A stretch of 12,416 bases of DNA from Candidatus Muiribacteriota bacterium. GTDB taxonomy: Bacteria; Muiribacteriota; Muiribacteriia; Muiribacteriales; Muiribacteriaceae. A model generated the notes under the pieces. The model searched no databases and was not told the DNA's origin. It saw only the letters and a program-made list of their open reading frames with translations. The position numbers were made by a program, and so were the translations under genes. Position 1 is the stretch's first letter. Each line of letters starts with the position of its first letter. This document shows, piece after piece, positions 1-6,930 of this stretch. Location of the stretch: contig JBNJGP010000078.1 of the NCBI GenBank assembly GCA_051747805.1, forward strand, positions 1 to 12,416. The letters are read 5' to 3'.

Positions 1-9
1 ATTTGATGG

Positions 10-59
10 GGTCAGCACCGACATCACTTTGCGAAAAAGCAAAGTGTGTAGGCCTGACC
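10..59. repeat. Imperfect GC-rich inverted repeat (about 50-nt hairpin), REP/palindromic-element-like
   Basis: GGTCAG (10-15) pairs with CTGACC (54-59); ACA (21-23) with TGT (47-49); CACTTTGC (25-32) with GCAAAGTG (39-46) around a 6-nt loop. It is much more GC-rich than the other intergenic DNA. Confidence 0.6.
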
Positions 60-85
60 ACTCGTTTTACTTTCTTAGTTTTACC

Positions 86-107
86 GGCAACAATAGTTGC
101 CTTTAAT
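86..107 (+). terminator. Possible weak intrinsic terminator for a convergent plus-strand transcript, or a 3' stabilising hairpin of the lipoprotein mRNA
   Basis: Perfect stem GGCAAC-AATA-GTTGCC (86-101) followed by TTTAAT on +. There is no U-tract on the minus strand. It lies 1 nt from the lipoprotein stop codon. Confidence 0.3.
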
Positions 108-2178
108 CTCTTCTCTCAATTTTTATTTTACTTATATCTATTGTTCTATTATCTCTTACCTCTGAATGATTATATGATGTTTCAGGAATTCTCTGTGTAG
201 CACTGAAAACAAAGTAAACAGGTTCATGGGCGTTAAGATAAACATCGGGCCAGTCAACAAAATTACTGTAATTTGTTGAACCACCTGAATTTGTTGATAT
301 ATCATATCCCGAACCCAGAATTGAACTTTCTGTTCTTAATAGAGTCCAATATCTTCCACCAGTTTCTGTTTCAATGAACTCAACTTCAAAATTGTATATA
401 CCACTTGACTGAGGAACCCATACCATTCTGAACTGATCAGCCCATCTCCACCATGTTCTATATCCAAGCCCGGCAGTTGAAGAAGAGTTTATTGAGTTTC
501 CGTCAGAAGCCCACCAGTAATCCCTGTTGCTTGTAACTGATTCATTTGAATTAGCGGGACTAAAATGAAGCGTCTGAATGTTTTCACCGTCAACATTTCT
601 TGCATCTGTTCTTAAAATATACTCATCATCATTTATCACATTCCAGCCTCTTTGAAAGCCATCTGTTGCTTCAATTATTGTTCTTGCCTGAACTGAATTA
701 ACCATATTTGTAGCATTTATTTCTACAATCTGCGGTCCAGCAGCCCCTTCATACCTGTGAATTCTTACAAAATAAGTTTTGTTAGACTCTTCGCCTGATG
801 TCTTATCTACAGCAGAGATCTTATAATAATAAAACTTATTATCCTGAACTCTTCGAGGACTGTATTCAAATTCACCGTAATCAGGAATTGTTTCGTCATT
901 AAAGTTTTCTCTCATTCTACGGAATACACTGCCATTTCTACTCTCATATATATGATAATCATATCCCGGCTCTTTAAGCCATCTTAAAATAATATAGTCA
1001 TCGTGGTCAATTTCTCCCCTGAACTCTCTTGGCATATCAACCGGAGTTTTACCTACTTTAAGAGGAGCTGTTTTATCACTTGTATTTCCTGCATGGTCAT
1101 AAGCGGCAATTTTGTACCAGTAATCAACAGGATTTCCATCCACGCCAATAGTATCAACATCTGTCCAGGAAGTTTTATCTTCAAGAAGAGCTTCTAGATT
1201 GTATCCATCTTTTTTGGATTCACTTCTAAAAATTTTATATCCTGCAACATTACTAGCAGGGTCACTTCCATTTGAACCATTGTCCGCATATTCAGGAGAT
1301 TCCCATGTAAGTCGTCTGGCATGAGGATTTCCATCTTTTGTTGTCTCAACCACCTTATCCCATAGAGGAGCACCAGGAGCAAAACCATCGTCGTTATAAT
1401 CATAAGTAACCATTTTACTTTTAACCTCTGATTCAATTCCTAACATACCGGATTCAGTAACTGCCCTGACTTTATAATAATAGCGGGTTCCTTCTACCAC
1501 CATAGGATCACAGAAAAAAGACTGATCTCCGGCTACCTGCGTAAGTATTTTAAAAAGACCATTTTCTCCATCTTTTCTGTAAACAATATATGAATCTATT
1601 GGATCGTTGGCCTCCTGAAGATCTGATATATTTTCTGGTCTATCCCATACCATAGTAATACTCAGGTTCGACTCGCAAATCAACTTAACGTTTAAAGGTC
1701 TGTCAGGCATATGACCTGAAGCATGAGTTGGGGATATACGAATACGCTGGGCATCCGAACGTGTTTCTCTGAGAAGAGAATCAAATGCTGTAACATAGTA
1801 AGCATAACTTTTACCTTCACGAAGTTCTGATGAATTATCCTCAAAAATCAAAGTATCCGCATCTGTAATTCCTATTGGTTTATTAGTATCATCTCTATAT
1901 ATCTTGTAACCAATAATATTATCTTTTTCTTCTCCCTTAATATTTTCTGTTACCTTATTCCATCTTAAAACAACCTTATATCTCTTCTGATTAGAACCCA
2001 TTGTAGGGTCTGAAAAAAGGTACACACTTTTAGCCTGAACTCCCTGAGGTATTGCAGGAGCTTCTCCATCATCATACATTGCTACTCCCACCAGTCCACT
2101 ATCTTTGTCACCACATCCTATAATTATCAATAAAAATAAGGTGAGAGCGATAAACACGAAAAAATGTTTTTTGTTCAT
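103..2178 (-). CDS. Lipoprotein with four fibronectin type III-like domains and a C-terminal beta-sandwich (CBM-like) domain, 691 aa
   Basis: Signal peptide II MNKKHFFVFIALTLFLLIIIG|C (Cys22). Four repeats with the FN3 pattern P..P / L.W / (G)Y.IYR / Y.Y.V.A.D (about aa 40-148, 158-258, 267-375, 380-475). RBS AAGGAG lies 8 nt before the ATG. Confidence 0.9.
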   Translation of the reverse strand: MNKKHFFVFIALTLFLLIIIGCGDKDSGLVGVAMYDDGEAPAIPQGVQAKSVYLFSDPTMGSNQKRYKVVLRWNKVTENIKGEEKDNIIGYKIYRDDTNKPIGITDADTLIFEDNSSELREGKSYAYYVTAFDSLLRETRSDAQRIRISPTHASGHMPDRPLNVKLICESNLSITMVWDRPENISDLQEANDPIDSYIVYRKDGENGLFKILTQVAGDQSFFCDPMVVEGTRYYYKVRAVTESGMLGIESEVKSKMVTYDYNDDGFAPGAPLWDKVVETTKDGNPHARRLTWESPEYADNGSNGSDPASNVAGYKIFRSESKKDGYNLEALLEDKTSWTDVDTIGVDGNPVDYWYKIAAYDHAGNTSDKTAPLKVGKTPVDMPREFRGEIDHDDYIILRWLKEPGYDYHIYESRNGSVFRRMRENFNDETIPDYGEFEYSPRRVQDNKFYYYKISAVDKTSGEESNKTYFVRIHRYEGAAGPQIVEINATNMVNSVQARTIIEATDGFQRGWNVINDDEYILRTDARNVDGENIQTLHFSPANSNESVTSNRDYWWASDGNSINSSSTAGLGYRTWWRWADQFRMVWVPQSSGIYNFEVEFIETETGGRYWTLLRTESSILGSGYDISTNSGGSTNYSNFVDWPDVYLNAHEPVYFVFSATQRIPETSYNHSEVRDNRTIDISKIKIERRD

Positions 2179-2186
2179 AAATAAAG

Positions 2187-2192
2187 CTCCTT
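2187..2192 (-). promoter_or_regulatory. Shine-Dalgarno site of the FN3 lipoprotein gene
   Basis: Minus strand reads AAGGAG-CTTTATTT-ATG. Confidence 0.85.
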
Positions 2193-2230
2193 TAATTAAA
2201 AATTAAATTTTTTTTGTTTATTTGTGTTTA

Positions 2231-2258
2231 TTTTCGGTAAATATAGATTTGAAATTTA
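2231..2258 (-). promoter_or_regulatory. Candidate sigma28 (FliA/SigD)-type promoter
   Basis: Minus strand TAAA-N16-ACCGAAAA versus consensus TAAA-N15/16-GCCGATAA, with the CCGA core intact. It sits in a 148-nt intergenic region upstream of the lipoprotein gene. Confidence 0.3.
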
Positions 2259-2326
2259 ATTTATTTTTAAGATAGGATCTGACATAAAAAATAATTTAGA
2301 AAATCTGAACCGGTTTTGTTCTTTTA

Positions 2327-2773
2327 TCAAAGCTCACCATGTATGCTGCATTTAACTTTATTTTTCTCAAATATTTCATACTCCCCGCCTAAACCACATT
2401 CAGGAATAAAAAAATCTTCCTGTTCAAGAAGTATTCCAATTCTTGAAATATTCTGCGGGGTTAACTCTTCAATACTCTGGGCTGTTCGCACTTCATAATA
2501 GTTTAAAATCTCATTAATATATTCAATGTTCTCCCTGCATTCAGTTAAATTCTTTCTATCGTATTTTGCCTCAAAATAAACATAATTTGAATAGGCAAAA
2601 TATAAAACAAGTATAAGAGCAAGAAATACAGAAGTAAAAATAATTAAAAAATTTGTAACACTTTTAAAAAAAAATTTTTTATAATCTTTTTTTTCTTCAA
2701 TAATCATTGAAAAACAGTAACGGCACTTGATGGCTCTTTCATCAATTTCGCTCTGACAATACGGGCATTTCAT
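2327..2773 (-). CDS. Membrane protein: N-terminal zinc ribbon, one TM helix, extracytoplasmic pilin-like head with C..C..CxxH motif, 148 aa
   Basis: CPYC-x10-CRYC at the N-terminus; hydrophobic helix about aa 42-61; TECRENIEYI...YY then PECGLGGEY...VKCSIHG. Starts 3 nt after the HDOD stop codon. Confidence 0.85.
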   Translation of the reverse strand: MKCPYCQSEIDERAIKCRYCFSMIIEEKKDYKKFFFKSVTNFLIIFTSVFLALILVLYFAYSNYVYFEAKYDRKNLTECRENIEYINEILNYYEVRTAQSIEELTPQNISRIGILLEQEDFFIPECGLGGEYEIFEKNKVKCSIHGEL

Positions 2774-2776
2774 ATT

Positions 2777-3634
2777 TTAATTTTTTCCTTTTGCAAGATT
2801 TACAAAAATCTGAGCATGTTTTATTTTTTTCAGAATAGACTCATAAACCTCTTCAACTAATTTTTCATCAGTTTTAAAGTATTTTTTTACCTCTGGAATA
2901 ATTTCAGGTTTAACCCTGTCGCCTTTATAACCAACATTCTTTATTTTACAAATTGTATCGGCCATATTTACACAGGCTGACAGCTCGTCAACTTTTCCTG
3001 CAATAACAGGAGAGTGATGCCAGGCAACTGTTCGAGTAATTATCTGTGGAATCTGCCATTTTTCAATTACCCAGCCGCCGATTTTTGCATGATTAATCCC
3101 ATCAAGTACTGTTTCTTCGGCCTCCCAGGCATTCACTTCTTTTGTTTTAATTATTTCACTAATTTTTTCAAATTTATCAGGAAAATATTCAGATAAAATA
3201 ATTTTTCCAATATCATGAATTAATCCGCAGATAAAAGCCTCTTCAGGTTTAACATATTTAATTTTCTGGGCCAGAATTTTTGCACCAATTCCAACTCCAA
3301 GAGAATGTTCCCAGAATTTGTTCACATCCATTTTACCTTTTGAACCAAGCTTATCAAAAATCGTAAGTGATAATGCTATATTTCGTATATCGGTAAAACC
3401 AAGTATTACAAGGGCCTCACTAATTGTTGTTATTTTACGTGGAAACCCATAAAATGGGGAGTTGACAATTTTTAACACATTGGCACTTAGAGTAAAATCA
3501 CTTGAAACAATTTTTGAAACGTCATCCACAGAACTTTTTGGGTTTGAAGTAACTTCAAGCAATTTGCTTACAACAACCGGAAGCATATTAAGATTTTTAA
3601 TAGATTTTATTTTTTCAAGTAAAAGTATTTTCAT
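2777..3634 (-). CDS. HDOD domain signal-transduction protein (HD superfamily), 285 aa
   Basis: LPVVVSKLL, D..LSANVLKIVNSPFYGFPRKITTISEALVILG, FWEHS, GLIHDIGK, HAKIGGW..KWQIP, WHH. ATGA overlap with the upstream TPR gene. Confidence 0.93.
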   Translation of the reverse strand: MKILLLEKIKSIKNLNMLPVVVSKLLEVTSNPKSSVDDVSKIVSSDFTLSANVLKIVNSPFYGFPRKITTISEALVILGFTDIRNIALSLTIFDKLGSKGKMDVNKFWEHSLGVGIGAKILAQKIKYVKPEEAFICGLIHDIGKIILSEYFPDKFEKISEIIKTKEVNAWEAEETVLDGINHAKIGGWVIEKWQIPQIITRTVAWHHSPVIAGKVDELSACVNMADTICKIKNVGYKGDRVKPEIIPEVKKYFKTDEKLVEEVYESILKKIKHAQIFVNLAKGKN

Positions 3635-4650
3635 TTGTTTTCCTTTAACCTTTTTGCAACCTCGACTTTTCCAGAAACTTCAACATACTCAACTTCATCC
3701 TCGTTTAAAACTGATAATGCGTCCTGATAGAATTTCAGGCCAACAGCATATTTGCCCTCTGCTGTATATTCGTCACCAATTTTCTCATAAACTATAGCTA
3801 AATTTTTTCTTTTTATATTATATAGTTTTTCATATTTATTTCCTGCAGTTGGATTATAAGGATTTGCTTCTGAAAACACAAATTTAAAATATAAATCAGT
3901 GTAATGCTCAAACTCCTCTATTGCCTTTTCAAGCATTTTTTCCCGGGACTTATTATCCTTTAAGAAAATTTCTCCCATTAAATGTTTTTTAACCTGTTTA
4001 TACAGTTTTTCAATTTCTTTTACATCTTCAACATCAAAATCATCAACTATAGCCTGTGCCTGCTGAAGTTCTTCAAGAGCATGTTCGTACTTACCAGAAC
4101 TAATATGTTTTTTTGAAGTTTTTAAATATTTTCTAACTAGGAAATGTTCAATTCTGGTCAGTTTTTCCTTCAAATCTTCATTTATATCTTTTAAATTTTT
4201 AAAATTCCGAGTTACTTCCCAGGCCTCTTTAAACTCTACATAGGCTTCGGCATATTGTTTTTTTTCATAAAAATCGTTTCCATGCTCCAGATTTTCTTTA
4301 ATATAGGAAAGGATTTCTTCTCTTTCAATTAATTCTTCTATTTTTTTCAGTTTTTTTTCTATCTCTTTCTTTTTATTACTATCCTCAGTCAAAAGCATTG
4401 CAGCATTAAAATCATCAAGTGCCCGCTCATATTTACCATCCTCTAAAAAATTTAACCCATACTGAAAATGAGAGTCTGCTAGTTTTTCGCTGCAGAAAAT
4501 AAAATTTTTTTTAACTTCCTTTCTTTCTTTTTTATTTTTGGCAGGAATCAGATTCAGGGCCTTTTCAAATTCTAGTCGGGCAGTTGCATAATCTTCCTCT
4601 TCCATATGCTTTGTTCCGTTTTCGATAAACTGTTTTTCATTATAAAACAT
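3631..4650 (-). CDS. Cytoplasmic tetratricopeptide-repeat protein, 339 aa
   Basis: Several TPR-like helix pairs (G..HMEEEDYATARLEFEKAL; GLNFLEDGKYERALDDFNAAM; GNDFYEKKQYAEAYVEFKEAW; GDEYTAEGKYAVGLKFYQDAL). No signal peptide. RBS GGGGGA shortly before the ATG. Confidence 0.88.
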   Translation of the reverse strand: MFYNEKQFIENGTKHMEEEDYATARLEFEKALNLIPAKNKKERKEVKKNFIFCSEKLADSHFQYGLNFLEDGKYERALDDFNAAMLLTEDSNKKKEIEKKLKKIEELIEREEILSYIKENLEHGNDFYEKKQYAEAYVEFKEAWEVTRNFKNLKDINEDLKEKLTRIEHFLVRKYLKTSKKHISSGKYEHALEELQQAQAIVDDFDVEDVKEIEKLYKQVKKHLMGEIFLKDNKSREKMLEKAIEEFEHYTDLYFKFVFSEANPYNPTAGNKYEKLYNIKRKNLAIVYEKIGDEYTAEGKYAVGLKFYQDALSVLNEDEVEYVEVSGKVEVAKRLKENK

Positions 4651-4662
4651 TTATTCCCCCAT

Positions 4663-5187
4663 TTAAGGCAAAAGCCTAAGTTTTTTTTCAAGATGTTCAT
4701 ATAGTTTATATATTTCTTTTTTAATATTTTTTTTGTTAATTTTATCAAAAATCTGTTTTGATTGTTCAAATCTTCTCATTCTATACCAGGCATATGATTC
4801 AAGCAGTAAAATACTGTCTAATTCATCTTTAAAATACTTTTTTCCCTCTTGGGCAAGTTCAAGCATATCGAGCCAGGCATCTCTTTCAAAATAAACATAT
4901 CCCATATTGATATAGGCATTTTTATAATCCGGCTGGATTTTTCTAGCCTTATCAAAAAGATTATACGCTTTATTATATTGTTTTTGTTCAAAAAATACAA
5001 CACCCAGATTATTTAATACTCTGTAATCAGTTTCATCTTCCATATATAAGCGGGTAAAAACAGTTTCTGCCTTTTTTAATTCATTATTATTCAAATAATT
5101 TAACCCTTTTTCAAAAAGCCCGTCTTCGCTGGCACTTGAAAAAACAGCTATAAAAATAATAAAGATAATAATAATTTTAATTTTCAA
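4663..5187 (-). CDS. Exported tetratricopeptide-repeat protein, about 174 aa (start re-assigned to TTG 5187)
   Basis: TTG at 5187 gives the signal peptide MKIKIIIIFIIFIAVFSSA, has AAGAG upstream and overlaps the upstream gene by 11 nt. TPRs: VLNNLGVVFFEQKQYNKAYNLFDKARKIQPDY and AYINMGYVYF. Confidence 0.82.
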   Translation of the reverse strand: MKIKIIIIFIIFIAVFSSASEDGLFEKGLNYLNNNELKKAETVFTRLYMEDETDYRVLNNLGVVFFEQKQYNKAYNLFDKARKIQPDYKNAYINMGYVYFERDAWLDMLELAQEGKKYFKDELDSILLLESYAWYRMRRFEQSKQIFDKINKKNIKKEIYKLYEHLEKKLRLLP

Positions 5188-6628
5188 ACCGCACTCTTTC
5201 AATTGCAAGTCTAAGTTCCTCCTTCTGCCTGGGAAGTTCTTCAAGGGAATAAGCTTTCTTATAAAGGTCAATAGTTTCCTCCATTTTATTAAGTTTATAC
5301 ATTAAATAAGCATAAAAGTTATAAACAGCATTATCTGCGCCACCATAATTCAAATATTTTTCTACAAATTCCAAAGCTGTTTCAGTATCTTTCATCTGAT
5401 TATAAAGGAGGGCAAGCTGCAAATATATTTCCGGGTCATTTTGACTATCTTCTGAAACCGAACTGAGCAGATTCAAAGCATCAAAATAAAGATTATTTTC
5501 AAATTTAGAATTAGCTTGATTTAAAATATTTTCCCGTATATCAACCGGATGAACTTCAATTTCTTTTTTATCCCTTGCCTTTATGCGCGCAGCCATTTTC
5601 TCAATACGTTCTCGTTTTTCTCTTTCGGCAATAGAAGTAATTGATGAAAATTTATCTGTATCAATTATAAATTCTTCCGGTTTATCCTTTTTTAATCTTT
5701 CAATAATTTTTTCTGCTTTAATAGTCCACTCTGTATCGGGATATTTTTCAATAAACTCATTAAAGAATGATAATGCTTTTTCTGTTTTTTCAAGGTTAAG
5801 AAGACTTTCGCCATACATATAGTATGAATCTATTATCTTATGTCTATTTTCTGAGGGAGATTTTTCAAAAACCAGCTCAAAAAAACTAAGCGCATCTTTA
5901 TAATCTGACAAATTAAACTTAATTTCTCCTATTTTATAGAGTGCTCTAAAATAATAATCTGAATTCTCAGAAATTTTTTTATAAAAATTTAAAGCTTTTT
6001 TAAATTCGCCCTTTTTACTGTTAATTTCTCCAAGCATATACAAAGCATCATTGTAAAATGAGGACTTAGTATAATTAAGAATTATATTTTCATAGTATTT
6101 TTGCGCCTTCGAAGTCTCTCCTTTTTCATGCAGTGAAAGTGCTATATTATAAAAAATTATATCAACTCTTTTCCCCTCTTTTTCCTCTACTTCTTTTAAC
6201 ATGGAAAGAATTTCAAAGTCCCAGTAACTCTCGGAAAATTTAATTAAAAAGTTTTCAAAAACATCTATCATACTGGAAAATTTCTGCTGAAGATAAAAAC
6301 ATTTTCCCTTAAAAAAAAGTGCATCACTGATTAAAGGAGAATCAGGATATTTTTGTATTATTTTATCAAAATATTTTATTGCCTGTTCGTACTCAGACTG
6401 TTTCATATAACTGTCTCCAATCAAATATAATGAAGCATCTGCCCAATCATTATCAGGAAAATTTTCGTATATGAATTTTAATATATCAACAGCCTCATCA
6501 AATTCTTTTTTGTCATAATGGGAAACTGCCTCTGCATACATCGTCTGAGGCGCAGGAGAAGCTATTATATTAATTATGGAAAGGAAAAGAAACAGAGCTG
6601 TAAGCCGAATTCTGTAATTAGTATTCAT
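5177..6628 (-). CDS. Exported multi-TPR protein of CpoB/BamD-like repeat type, about 483 aa (start re-assigned to ATG 6628; alternative 6541)
   Basis: Many TPRs with the pattern ..YP.S....DAL...G (FPDNDWADASLYLIG, YPDSPLISDALFFKG, YTKSSFYNDALYMLG, YPDTEW). ATG 6628 gives the Sec-like signal MNTNYRIRLTALFLFLSIINIIASPA. The start is uncertain because it lies inside rnpB. Confidence 0.85.
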   Translation of the reverse strand: MNTNYRIRLTALFLFLSIINIIASPAPQTMYAEAVSHYDKKEFDEAVDILKFIYENFPDNDWADASLYLIGDSYMKQSEYEQAIKYFDKIIQKYPDSPLISDALFFKGKCFYLQQKFSSMIDVFENFLIKFSESYWDFEILSMLKEVEEKEGKRVDIIFYNIALSLHEKGETSKAQKYYENIILNYTKSSFYNDALYMLGEINSKKGEFKKALNFYKKISENSDYYFRALYKIGEIKFNLSDYKDALSFFELVFEKSPSENRHKIIDSYYMYGESLLNLEKTEKALSFFNEFIEKYPDTEWTIKAEKIIERLKKDKPEEFIIDTDKFSSITSIAEREKRERIEKMAARIKARDKKEIEVHPVDIRENILNQANSKFENNLYFDALNLLSSVSEDSQNDPEIYLQLALLYNQMKDTETALEFVEKYLNYGGADNAVYNFYAYLMYKLNKMEETIDLYKKAYSLEELPRQKEELRLAIERVRFEN

Positions 6629-6930
6629 TAATCTAAAAAAATAATCCCTTATCTTTTTTAGCGACCAACCCGGTGGAATACGACAGGGCATGTCACCACC
6701 CTATTTGGTCTTGCTGCCAAAGGGGTTTACAAAGCTATTGAGTTAACCTCAATACTGGTGAGCTCTTACCTCACCATTTCACCCTTACCATTCTACAAAA
6801 AAGCAGAAGGCGGTATTTTTTCTGCTGCACTTTCCGTCAGGTTTCCCTGCCCAGGCGTTACCTGGCTTTGTGCCCCAGCAGTTCGGACTTTCCTCGGGAA
6901 TAAGTTCCCGCGAATACCCGCCCTGTTATC
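6589..6930 (-). ncRNA. rnpB: RNase P RNA, bacterial type A (about 340 nt)
   Basis: Minus strand has GAGGAAAGUCCGAAC (CR I) and ACAGAAUUCGGCUUA (CR V). Helices: P1 AACAGGGC/GCUCUGUU, P2 GUAUUCG/UGAAUAC, P3 CGGGAA/UUCCCG, P8 CCAGGUAACGCCUGG, P9 with GAAA loop, P13 UGGUGAGGUAAGAGCUCACCA, P14, P15 GACC/GGUC, P6 GGGCA/UGCCC, P18 with GGGA loop. Exact ends are uncertain by several nt. Confidence 0.97.

Noticed and set aside
2662..2694. A9 and T-run homopolymers as a phase-variation site in the zinc-ribbon gene
   Set aside because: Explained by Lys/Phe codons (KKFFFK) in an AT-rich genome; the ORF is intact.
5188..5271. ORF-track start at 5271 for the small TPR gene
   Set aside because: It would overlap the upstream gene by 95 nt; TTG 5187 gives a clean signal peptide and a typical short overlap.
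6629..6691. ORF-track N-terminal extension of the TPR gene (start 6691, MPCRIPPGWSLKK...)
   Set aside because: It lies deep within rnpB (L17 through P18), is not protein-like, and would put 21 extra residues ahead of the signal peptide.
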